Of a stretch of DNA of 64,000 nucleotides, positions 12,783 through 26,300 are shown in pieces; positions within the stretch are counted from its first letter, which is position 1, and every line of letters begins with the position of its first letter. Under the pieces are notes generated by a model. That model worked only from the letters and a program-made list of their open reading frames with translations. It searched no databases and was not told the DNA's origin. Source of the DNA: Lingula anatina (Eukaryota; Animalia; Brachiopoda); NCBI GenBank assembly GCA_051362555.1, contig CM120646.1, forward strand, positions 17,794,001 to 17,858,000, written 5' to 3'. Position numbers and translations under genes: made by a program.

Positions 12783-14288
12783 CTGCTGTGTTTAGTTGTG
12801 TAATAAGACCATCGTAAATCCTTATTTCTCTTCCCGATGATTTATCAATATTAGGCGACAATTACCCGTCACGCATGTTGGTGAACCACCACAGAGATCT
12901 TTCCCGGATACACCGCGAGCCAACGAGATGTATGTGATGTACATGAGTGTGACGCACATCCAGTAACATACACCTTGCTGATGAGTTGTGTATCTGACTT
13001 CAACAATAGGGCGGATGTCGAGAACAATAAGAAGAACAAAAAACAGGCGTGGTGTAACTTGTACTCGAGCGTGACGTGACGTGTAAGCAAGATGATCCGC
13101 GTCTGGATCTTTTGTTATCGACATCCGCTGTGAGTCATGCCCACATTTCTAGAAAAAATTGTACACATAGCTTACGAAAAAAGAATAAGGATGAATTGAT
13201 TCTTTGTACAAAAGAAACGACAAAATCGTGAAAACAGTAAATCCACTAGAAGTTGCAAGAGGCAATTTGTCACTTCTCCCAAAATTGGAAACTTCAAAAG
13301 AGGGGTTTTACAGGGGAGACAAACATTTTATGAAGGTTTTACTTGGGTTAACTCTATCACCTATAGGAACATTCTCAGTCTTATCGCTCATTTGTGTCGG
13401 GGTATTAATATTCGTCCATGCATTAGAAAACAATAATAATGTGTTATATAACACCATATCCAAAGAGTATCTCATCTCCAGGCAATATAATCAGTGAAAT
13501 GGATGATGTCGACGCTGTAAAAAAATCCGAGTTTTGTTTTAGTACATGTACCTGCCTAAACTCTCTATCGCCCAGCGGTGTTTTGCGAATGTTTTCTCAG
13601 TGATAAATATTTATCTTCGGTTGGAACTCGTGTTAGTATTAATTATGTTCCTCTGACAGTGCGCGAATACGTAATATTGAAAGATTGGCGTCTGTGTTAT
13701 TGTGTCAAAGACATAAACATGTGGTTTTACACGGAAGTGAGGAAGTGATCGGTTACCCCGCATTCCATTTGGAAACAGACCCACAAAGAGTGTTTGAAGT
13801 GATCTTAAGGAAATGTTGATTTTGAGGTTTCCTGCATTTTACCCTTGAAGTTGAAATATATTCATAATGGAATAAACTTAACTGTTTTTATCTCGAAACG
13901 GCGTGTTAGATAATCTGCTCATAATCCTAGGTGTTGATTCTGGTAATCGACGGGTGTTTTTTATGGTACAAAAAACTTTTCTCTTTTGCTAAATTGCACT
14001 TTATGTTAAGGTGCTTAACAGTTCTGTTTATTTCGGGAACATTCGTTTATTCAATACAAAAAGCATTTTACTTCATCAAAGTCGTTTAAAAATCAATCAG
14101 TTTGGTAAATAAACAGAAGGTTACCAACGGTGATGCAACATTTATGACCAGGCACCTTTTGGCGCCTTTTATTGGAAATAATAAAACTCGCGTGTATTTT
14201 TCAATGATTTGAAGTGAGTGTGTGCTTTTTTGCGTTAATTTCGGCCTGCGCAATATGGCATATAGCATGACTATATCATAACAAAGTC

Positions 14289-14340
<52 letters not shown>

Positions 14341-17300
14341 TAGGTTATACAAAAGTACCGTAATCACTCATGTTTTGCTACTTCTCAACAAGTTCCTATA
14401 TGTATACAAGGGGTAATGATGGCATAGTGCGCACCTGCACTACTGCTACTGTTTATTTTGTACAAGTACTTATCATATACCTATCACATACACTTGAAAT
14501 ATGTCATGTTTCATTTACGGTAAACCACAACACGTCAAAAACCCACTCTTATCACGCAATAATCTGGGCGAATTCTGCTGCCTGTAAAAATATACATATA
14601 CAAATATACGCACAGATCATAAATAAAGTGCGGTCATCTTTAAGTTACTGTGAATATAAATGGCTTACTAGAAAGGCCACTTATAAATGTATCACTTCAC
14701 AAGCTATGTATGTCTGATTGAATAGAAGAGGATAAAGACACTAAGTTAAGACGCCGAGCTGGACTCATAGACAAAGTGTCCTAATAATATCCACCGTCTT
14801 AAAAGGAAGTCCCACCGCTGCCACCATAAGTGCTGTTGGGAATAGCAAAACTGAGTTCATAAATATTGCAAGTGGTCGGAGTATACGTGGTCAAAGTATA
14901 CACTTACGTATCATGCAAACACCAAGATCATCTCACCATGGCTTTCAGAATTCTCTTCTTTTTTGGCCTCCTATGTATCCTTAAGCATTCTACTCAGCTC
15001 CTGGTGTTGCTCAATGCATAGCTTTCAAACATACCCGGTCTGGTTTTTCTCTTTGAGGGTTTTATTTTGATTCAGCGCTTAATAGAATGAAACAATGCAG
15101 ATTATTCATGTATACTTCTGTGTCTATCTGAACACACGTCGCAAATGATCTGTTGAGTCTGTTAAGATAAACTTTTGGTTGGGAGTTCTAACTGAGTTTT
15201 TCTCTGTATTTATAAATGTATTTATGCTCGTGTACATTATCACAGTGAACGATTGTGTTGAATTTTAAAATAAGCTTTACTACGGTTCAGCACAAAATAC
15301 CCGTCAAAATTGGGAATTGCCAAAGCGGACGATTTTTTGTGTGCCATCCCCCACCCCACCCCACCCTGCATCTTCGAAAAAAGCCGCTCTAAAATATAGT
15401 GTTAACGTGCTCAAGCGAGTAGCACACAACTTAAATGGCCTCTTTTATATAACAGGTGAAATAAATTTATTTAAAAATACGCTGAGATTTGCCGAAAAAT
15501 TCCGTAAATATGACAAATTTCGAAAGATAACTAGAATTATTTAAGGAATCGGAAAACCGAAAGATTAGGGAGATTATTTTCTAAAACAACAGGAGCGCAA
15601 GGGAGCAAATGTGGTCAAATGTGCAGATTCATCTCAAACAATTGTGTGGTGGGGTGTATGCCAGATGACACCAAATCCACAGCCGCAGGTTGAGAAAAGA
15701 GCGTGGGGTACATGTTGCAGGCCAAAAATACTCGCAAACAGGTTATTTGCTCCGTCTGCAGTATTTATCTAGATGTTGATTAAGTAAATGAAAAAGACTT
15801 AAGGTGAACTGGAAGAACGGAAAAGCTAACACTTTTAACTTTTTTAAATCCCCCCCTCCCGTCCAACCCCGCCAGAATCTCAAGGCAAATCCCCCCCCCC
15901 CCTCGGTTTACTCAACAAACACAGAACGTTATTATAACGTTACCATAACGTTAGTTATATTAACGTTATGGCAACGTTATAATAACATTTTTGTTTGTTT
16001 GTTTGTTTGTTTGTTTGCTCGGTAGATCCCTGATATACGTATCATGAGTGGAAGATGGGGCACATTGTGTCATGCCACAGGTTGGGGATAATCTGTAATA
16101 TAGTAGGTATAAATACGTCATTTCTGAGGTTGCTTTGACGTCATTACGATATCTTAACACCACAGCACCGATTTGACTGTTTAAACGACGTTGTGCGACT
16201 GTTGGCACAATTCCAAAATTGTTTTATTCTTTCCTTGATTTAACAAATGTAGTAACATTTTACCTTCCTGTTAGACACAGCAGTCATCTACCGTGGGGAC
16301 TCCATGTGCTATGGCGGAACTTTAAAAGCATGCAGTGCCTTTTTTTTCTTGCAACTGCTGTAAATTGCATGTACTTTTATACGATACGCAGATGGTAACG
16401 CACCATGCAAAGCGAGTGTAATAGAACCGTTTGGGCTTTTAAAAGACATTGTTCAATAGTTCTGCTGGTGAGTTGACAAAAAACTGCTAAATTATAGATG
16501 TGGTTAAGATGAAGTTGATGGATAAGGGCTAACTCTCATCGGAGATAGAGAGACTAATTAACAGCTATGGGAAAATGGCGTGTCGGCAGGCAATGATAGC
16601 TAAGAAAACGGTCATTACTTAACTGTAATTAATAGGAAAATCAAACCATGAATTGAGACAATATCCATTTTCAATAAAAATCGTTCTAATTTAACAAATC
16701 AGATTTCACTTCTTTGTTCCGAAGTCACAGTTTCAATGCAATATCTACAAAGCTTATTCAAAACTTATTTGAGCTATATGATTATCAAAAACGTGCGCAC
16801 AGTTATATTGAGTTTTATAAAAAAAACTAGAATCGATGGCAGAAATTGCTCCCCAGGACGCTCTTGAAAAGACCTTCGCGTTGATACAGCGCCAAATAGA
16901 CTAATCTAAGGCAGAAATAAACATAACTACCTCAATTTAATTTTTTGCCTGATAGATAGACATTTAAGTTACTTGGAGTTTCAATTTCAAACACCTGAAC
17001 ACAGAACAAGTTACATTAACCTTAACGGCAACCAAGAGAGTAATATGTAAAAGCCCAGAGAAAAACGTGTAATGCAAGTTTGATGCAGACTGTCCGTGAT
17101 ACATCTACAGGCTTATATTCTCTGAGCCAGAATGACGCTAGTTCTATAAAATGTATTATAGTAAATCAAAGAGAGCACCATTTGTATTAGATGTTGAGAG
17201 GGAAAGGGTTAGCGAAGATGAGAACATTTCTACAATGTATTACGGAATTTGTGTAATATATTATGCTTGTGATGATTAATGCAATGTCATGGTGACGCAG

Positions 17301-20300
17301 TGTAAATGTCGCATGTTTCGAGTATAATGGGGGGGGGGGGAGCGTTATTTTTAGAATGGCGCTTACAATATCATTGACCAGTTTTATACAAGTGCATTTA
17401 GTGTTCCGATATAAGAATTAATCCGGACTGTGTCCAAGTGTTGGGCGTGGCGGGCGTTAACGAATCGTGAGATCTACACTGAGCTGTCTATATGCGATGC
17501 TGGTGCGAAGTATTGTTTTGTACAATCCCCACACACAAGAAAACAAGAAGAAAAAATTAAAGATCTCTGGAGTCCGTATCATAGTCCATGCAATCAATTA
17601 GCAGCGGGCGATCTAGTCTCTCAGGAAAATGCTTTTGTTTTTGCAGATGGTAAAACTTCAGGCTTTCCAGCCATCGATAGGACAGATTAGGCGCATTAGG
17701 TGTATCATATTTTCTGTTCCCTAGATTGAAATCTCCGTCTTTTCTTTTTCCTTGAGTCTATGATGTTGTCACTGTATCTTAAAACGACGGCAGGAATCTG
17801 TGAATGCATTGGATTCCATTTAAACTGACGTCGATACTCATCTTAAAAATCACTGATTATTCTTGAAGATAAATGTTAAGCCATCATCGCTAATGCTCTC
17901 ATTTTCGGGAACTGACATCGAGAAAATCTTTTCATGATTAAAATCTATGTGGTGTTTGTATTCATTATCTAGCATCCAAAATTTAGAAACTTCATTCGAC
18001 ATCACGGCGCCGTATTGGGCAATTGACGGCTTAATCACATGCCATTTTCACCAACATAACCGGCATTTGGACTCTAGTCAATGTTTCTAATGACATAATG
18101 ATCAATAGTGTTTAGTTTCACTGTCTTAAGAAGCCTTTAAATTTCACTTGGCCTTACTTCATCTGGGGCGCTATTTATTACGTCAAAATGCCACGTCTTA
18201 ACACATTCTGTGCAATTTCGGCCCGCACCAACTGAAATATCGTTTTTTGGCTTTATTCTAAAGTCTGTACCCGACAATTTTATTGAGCATTTTTCTTTCT
18301 TGTCCAAATCGTTTTTTTTACATCACATTTTTACATTTTATCTTGGGATGCTTCTAACATTTTGTGTGTTTTGTTTTATTCTAAGTATTCTAAACATTCC
18401 ATGCATCTCAATTTAAATGAATTGTCCTGAAAATCGCGGTTGTTAGATCTTAGTTACAGAGAAAGCTGTGGTATCATCATTCCAAGTTTTCTTATCTTAA
18501 AAGACTGGAGAGACTAAAGACATTTACAAAAAGCTGAAGGATCTGTTCTAGTGATTTTTTTAGCTAGGAATTTATTATTTCTTTTTGAATAACCTGTCCT
18601 TGTGTCTAAAATGCATTTATCATCATCTTTATGTCTTTATGCATTAAACCTAATGTCCGATTAACAAAATTGTATTTTTGCGCGAAGTGAACACATAATT
18701 AACTCATCTAACATCGCCCTAGTAAAGTGAGGAAAATCTCTATTACTCATTCTTGGTGTGGTGGAGTTAAATATATTCCACAAAAACGTTAATTTCTAGA
18801 AAGAGGTAAATTAAGACAGAAAAACACGTTACATTTCTATATGCCAAAATGCCGCGAAAGGTGCCTTTAAAAGCAATAACCTGACTGAAAGTTATCCCAG
18901 TGTTTCTAGCCTTGAGCGCATTTCGTCACATATTCCACCTCAGCATCTGTATATCAGATGAACTTACATCATTTTTTTTCCTGCCAACATTTTTACTGTC
19001 CTAAAGTGTGGCAGTTTCTTGCATTCCGGCCGTGCCTGTGGCTAAAACATAAGGTTCCGATATTCATTTAATCCGAAGTCATGGAAAGTGGGCTGTTTTT
19101 TCGCTGTTGTACTTTGACTGTTTGATCTTTCCTTAGTACTCGATATCAAAGTGAGAAGAACCTCTTGTAATTGGCCATGTGAAATCCTTAAAGACAGTCG
19201 AACAAATTAAGAGAAGAAATCAATAATATATGTACTATTAATTCTATTTCATAGAGAAAGAAAAAAGTACTCATTAAAAAGCGTCTTTATTGATGCACTT
19301 TCGGGATTTCACTTGGTAAGGATAGACATCATTACCATACCACAGTAAAGACAGTTTGCCTCATTATCCATGTTACTTTTTAGATAATTGGTGTTCGCTC
19401 TGGGCATTGCAAATCGAAGATAACAAAAATGCATATTTGTGAGGAAATAACAAAAATGGTCTTCGTAGCTAGGGTAACCCAATTTCACACCTACCAGCAG
19501 ATAAAAACAAAAACAGCAATATACACGAGCAAGTTAAAGGTGTTCTCAGCGAGTTATAAGCAATGATGGCGATAGAATCTCTACTGGTTACACCTTCAGG
19601 TGGAGTTATCGCCTTCTGGATCATAACAAGTTTTGCTCTATTCGGTTCTCTTATATTGAAAAAAGCTCTGATATTTCATAACTTCATCACGATAACGCAC
19701 ATTAAATAATGCTTTCGAGGGGCTTCCTAAAGCTGAATGTCTTGTACCCTGTAAGATATCTATGAACGTGGCGCTGATACACTCAGCTTGCGACTGCTCG
19801 CGGAGAACATTATTTGACCAACTCTCACTAATACATATTTATGTAACATAAGAAAAATTTCAATATCTAAAGTAAGTTATCACTGATGTATGGATTTGAC
19901 TATCGAATATTGTCAAATTCCCAATTTTCAAAGGGGTGAGAGTGAGTCAGAATTCATTTCCGGGCGTTTAGGCACGGTGTAGTATGGGCATACTGGTGGA
20001 AGTCGTGTTGAGAACAGGGAGCGAGTGATGTCATTTCCAGCCAACATTGCTGCACTATTTTGCCAGGCAAAATTAATTGCTACCATTGTCAAAGCGATTT
20101 GTGAATTGAACGTTCCGACGCAGATAAAAAATCAATACATCCAAAACAGGAAAAACACAATATAATGGTACCATGAATCCAGAAGAATAGCGGCAATTTC
20201 AGGAGGGAATACAACATAGGCAGAAAAACCCTCTCCAGACAATTTTCATTTTGTAAACGATATGGAAGTGCTGTCAAAGCATGCTGAAGCTAATGTCGGC

Positions 20301-23300
20301 TCAAAACTGAATTTTATGTCTTTTTCTCAGAAAATTCCTAGCACTGTGAGCAACAAATTATATCATTCTCCAATGGATTTAGAATTGGCTAATAATCTAT
20401 AAGACGACCGCGGTGTAAAGCAATAACACTAAAACCTTTTTACAGAAAGGTTTAATTTATATTTGTGTTTAATATCCCAAGCTTTACAATTTACCAATTA
20501 TTCATTTTATTCCAGCAAGCTAAAAGAGACGGTCAGGATGTCGACGTCAAATCAATAATGGGCAGCTGGACGAAACAGGAAGGCTATCCGGTAGTTACGA
20601 TAACACGTGACTACGAACGTGGAATTGCGAGAGCTCAGCAAAAAAGGTTTACATTGAACAACTACACGGCAGAGCCTAGTTTTAATGGGTAGGCAAACAC
20701 GATTTTATGCATGATCCCTTTGAGGTACATGTGTGGACAGCCACTTTTCGCTCTTTTTTTTTTAGAAAAGAAGCCGTTGTTGCTCTCCATTTCCCCAGAA
20801 AAACCAAAGTAATCAAATGAAACAGTATGAAAACATTACTTTAAGATGTTTCCCATCGTTTAGAATATTTGAAAACCTCTTTGTTGCATTTCTAGTGATT
20901 CTAAACATGCTGAAGTAAGCATTAGGCCCGAAAACAAGGGAAACATTATTTGATTAGCTAATGTCGCTGAAGACATTCCATAGCATTGGAGGCGATGAAC
21001 TCCCATAAATCCCACCAATTTGTAATACACGCAATTTTTTTGGAGAAGACGATGGTACTATCTTTAGTAGGCAATAGGCTTTGCATAGCTGTCAGTGGCG
21101 TTGCCATTGACTCAGTTCCAAACCAATGCCTAACGTTTTCATTGACTCATTGGACGACTGCCAATAATCCTGTTATTGACGGGCTTTTATTTTAATGTCG
21201 AATGTCATCTTCATGATATATCGTACAGATTTATTAACAAAATGATTTTCTCTCGGGATAAGGTGCCGTCGACAAGCAGTATTATTGAGTATTTGCCAAA
21301 TGTTGGGGATGGAGTTAAACCGCAATATAATGCCGGTAATAGTCAGGCAAACTCCCATTTGAATGCAGTAAATGCACCGATTTATTTGATTTGTGCTAGG
21401 CTTAAGTTTGAGAAGAAGATAATTGTGTTCTTTAAGTCACTTATCAGCAAAACAGTGTTTGCTTCCGATGAGAAATGAAAGTGCTTTTTTTTTTAAAGTG
21501 GAAGTCTTGCTAATGTTTATTAAAAAATTCTCCCGTGGCTGTTAGACTCGACTAATTTTGATTTCAGACAAAGAAAAACAACTGATAAATCATCAAATTT
21601 GATTTCACACGGACTCCACGTTAGAGTTTAAAAACAACGAATGCTAAATTGAATCTCAACTCAATTAATAACCTTTTATCTCACAAATCTCTCAGAAACT
21701 GGGAAGTAAGAAAGAAAATAACAAATGAATAGCGCCTTTTAATTCAAACATGAAATGGCGACTAGTGATGGCATGGCCAGCTAGACGAATGATATAAATA
21801 AAAATGTTTAGAAGGGTGTCACATTTTAAAACGAGTTCAACGAAAACAATTATTTATTATGAAATATTCATCATCACGCTGAAGAGTCTTTCAATTTTTT
21901 ACTCATGGTATCCATTTTCAGGAATCGATGGTACGTCCCATTGACTTTACTCAGTGTGTCCAAGGAAGGAAAACACGACACTCACTTTATTTGGATGAAG
22001 CTGGAAGATGGTTAGTTAAAACGGTCAATTCACACGAAAAATGCATGAGATTAAGGTGGGACTGCAGGTTGGAGTTTTTATCTTTAATTAAAGGCCTTAG
22101 CTTTTATCCTCTTGCATTCATTTATTGTATTTTCAAAACATGTAATAATGCTTGAGACACAGCTCCAAGTTCAGTGACGTAATATTGGGATTTTGGGGGC
22201 AAAAACATCATTTTCGGTTTCCTGATTTTCTCAGGCACCTAGACAGCTAAAAACATGCTTTGAATGGTATTATAACACTTGAACAAAGTACTACAAAAGG
22301 AGTTCGGGGATTTTTCATTCAAGACTTACTGTTGATTTTCTCTATAGAAACGTGATTTTCAGCCTTATTCGAGTACAGTCCCACCTTAAAAAGGTGTTCT
22401 GTTTTTGGTCTGATAGATTAAATTGTTTTGATATGTGTTTTGCCTGTGTGATCAGACACTGGTTGACTTCAGTGTCAAACTGAAAATATGAATTTCAAAC
22501 TTTGCGACAATCTTTTGTGTGTGTGTTTAGTTCTTCAGATGACCTTGGATTTATGGAAGTGAGTGCGGAATTTTAGTATTTGACCTATCGATCGTTTGTC
22601 TCCGTCTTGAGTTAAGACGAGGTTATTTTCACGTCGGCTAATATGTATGCATTAAAGATCACTGCTTATTGCATGCACCAATGCATTTTCAGTTAAAAAC
22701 AAAGACTGGTTCCAGCCTTTCATTTTTACTTCAACATACTTTAGAGAATTCTATGTACACATACGTAGAAAGTATAGTTCACATAAACTCTGAAGGTTAA
22801 CATCTATTTTACGATAATCTTATATACAAATTCTTACATCTAGATCTAGATTACGGTCATATAATGTAAAAACTCGTTTATATACAACTTATTACATCAA
22901 ACACTGAACTGGTAAAACAACACCGCACTTCTTTAATATCGAACAAAAAGGAGCAATGTTTAAAACGTGGGTGAAACATACATGTACGCCTATGAATGCT
23001 CGCATTCAGGAATAGTTGAAAACATTTCACGGACGTCGTGTTTGGAGTAAAAGAAATTGCGACGGATGTTTGAAAATCCTTGAGACTCCCTGGTATTCCT
23101 ACCAACAGCGGGTCTTAGAATGACATCCACATAGAAAAAACAGGTATCCTATAAACGGACTCACCGGTATATGATATCGGAGAGTTTGTATCATTTTATG
23201 ATACATAAATCTGATATTTCTCTAGTTACCCAAAAGGGGCCTACTTGACAACGTTTGTTTGATATAAGTGTCATAACTATTTGAACGTATCTAATATGAT

Positions 23301-26300
23301 CCCATATATCATGCCGTAATCGCCATGCAAAGTTATTATTCGATGAGCACTTCAGCAGCTCAAACCACTCGTGCTACGTGTACTTGCTGAGTGCTCTACC
23401 TCTAACATGTCCATCCGAAGCCCAATATAGTACTGGGAGCTTTTCCTTCTCTCCTTACTTGACCCACGCTGCATTAGCTGCTTCAGGCCGTCTCGGAACA
23501 TATGTCCCGTCAAAGTATACATATAAAAATTAATACAGTTATTCACTTTGCTGATTATGAAGAGAATTTCTCGTACTTCCGGGTCTTTGGATAGCGTTAC
23601 GTCATTGGCCGACAACCACTCATACGCCATGATGACGTCATTGACGTGTAACGGCCAGTTTAGCAGCACAAACATGAGTGCGGTCGCCAGTAGGAGGACG
23701 TCCGTCTGGTGCTTTATGGCTGTGCTCCTCATGGACCGCTCGATGTTTCTGTGTTGGTGAAGTTTGTAAATGATTAAGATGCTGATGGTCAGCACGCTCA
23801 GGGAGACCAAATTATGAAAGCTGCAGTAGGTTGTGAAAATGATCACTTTCAGTTTGGGCACATTGCCGGGGAAGAACGTTTGACATTCCTCAATAGCGAA
23901 AATCCTAACAGCCGTCAACATGGCAATCACCACGGTTATCACGAGGACGTTGCGTAATGCCCTCCTCTGCGTACAGAGATGGCGTATTCTCAGAGGATTG
24001 GTGATCAAAAAGAACCGTTCTATCGTCAACAAGAATATTATCCCCATCTCGACATAATTCATAATATCATTCAACCATAAAATCGAGATTTTTAACACAC
24101 ACTGTGTCACTGGGTGGAAATCCCTAAACGGCAGGCACCCAAGAGAGAGCAGTATTAAGATCATTTGGTCAACAGTGGCCAGGCACGTCAAGTAGACGAA
24201 GAGGGGTTTGTTTCGAAGCTCTGGGGTCTGCAGGATCACGGCCCCTGTCAGAATGTTCCCTATTGATCCCACGCACGTCAAGGAATACATGGCGTTGCAC
24301 CAACAGGGAGAACCATATGCAAGGCAGTAGTTGGCCGTCACGTTGGTGCCCGTCGGTTCCATTTCCATGCTAGAACTGAGAGAATTCATGGTCAGAAGAT
24401 CAAAGCATACAATTTATATTATCGTACAAAAAAGACGAACTGTCCTTCACAGGGCAAGATATTGCTGTTGGCCGCGCAAAAAAAATCCCTTTCTGAAACT
24501 AAAATTATTATGGAATATAATGCTAATGACGGGGTATTCAATGGTTTGTCATTTGAGCCTCCTGAAGTAGACAATCATATTACAATCATATCAGTTACAC
24601 TTTACAACTGAACATTTTGTTTCATATTGAGTACAGTACATAATGTTGCGCACCACTGGCATAATATCTCATGGCTAGACGTGTTCATCTCAAATGGCTA
24701 GATGGCTTATCGGCGCTCTGTATTAGATTTATTTGAATTATTATTAGTACAGATTAAATGTGCGATTCGAACTACCGAAACTGTGTTGTTTTGCAATCAC
24801 GTTGTTAGTGAAGACGTAATCTTTTTTATTTGTTTAAACGATAATTTTTTTAATAAACATGGCAACCTATGAGGCGAAGTTTAAAAAGATTACGTATTTT
24901 AAGGATTAGAATACTGATAGATATCAATAATCAAAATAAATTTGCCATTTTAATTTTTTTAAGTAATTAAAAACCACCGACAATTTTCACTTTGAAATTA
25001 AGTTACATATAAATTTTTTCGGGCCGGATACACATGAATAGTTGTCATATACATAGGAACAAAAACGTTGCAAATACATGTTATATTTGTTTGGATTTCA
25101 GCAACCTCTTTTACTAAATGTTATCACGCCAACGTCTGTATTGTCATGTTTTTTTTTTTTTTTTCTTTTTTTTTTTTACGTTTTACCTTCAAACCCCAAT
25201 AACTGCATAATGAAGTGGTTTGACAAGAGTTAGAGAGTCATTTCAGTTAATGTCTGGGTAAACACTACACTCCTCATTTTGATCAACATGATATGCCTTT
25301 TTTTCACCCGTGCTCTTACGTAAAACGAATAGAAATAAAAAAAACATTGGATTCAATACGGTATATACGGTTAGTCAATGAGTTGCAATTTTTCTTTGGC
25401 ATGATCAATAAATATGACACACTGGATCGTCGACACTGATTATAATTTAAAGCCGTGTTGGATAATTTTATCATGGGTGTGGTATTTAATTTGGTTTGTC
25501 GGCTCTGTGGTCGAGCAGATAACATCCCAATGCTTGGTAACGCCTCTTAGTGGTATAAATCTCTATAGCTATTTATTAATTTTTCCAAAATGCCACGAAA
25601 TACTAGACCAAGTAAGGTTGTATTGAGAGAGGAAATTGTCTTAATGAGACTTGTTGTAAATTCTTGGAAAACACAAGAGGGGGGAGGAGACAGGCGTAAT
25701 AAGTGTTAGGAAATTCCTGTCGATGACATAAACTCTCAAAAACAAGGCGTTTTGAAAATATTTTTAAATGTCAATTTAGAAAAAAGTTATGACTAGTTGG
25801 TTTTCCATGTCAGCACATTTAACGGGCTATAAAACAAAGTGTAAAAAGCACCCAACACAGGAATATTAGGTTTTAATGGCGGAAGCATGTGACGGTTCAT
25901 ATAAATTGGTAAATTACATTGTTATTTAAAGGGTAAATCTCCTTTCTGATTCCCCATTTGGAAAATTGAATCGCAAGCTTCCTTTGAAAGCAAGCATAGT
26001 TAATTAGGACGTAACATTGAAGCAGATAAATTAAGCCAGTATAAGCTTAATTTGCTGAAAGATTCCACAGATGCACGTGAAAAAAGTGAACTTTTTCAGT
26101 GAGCTTTTTTCAATGAATAACTTGTTAATTCAATTGGAAATCGACACATTCAGACGCAGTGCTCGTTGCTATAAAATATGGCTTCCTCTGCAATGACCTT
26201 AAAAACAACGTTGCTTTTATTTTTTATCTTTTTTTTTTATCCATTTTTGCCATTCTTACAAATAATCATCAATATGGTGGTTGTTAATCGTTTATTATGC

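Noticed and set aside
18210-18416. Plus-strand hydrophobic ORF where relic B's TM would be expected, suggesting a local inversion
   Set aside because: No inverted breakpoints are visible, and T-rich composition alone explains the hydrophobicity.
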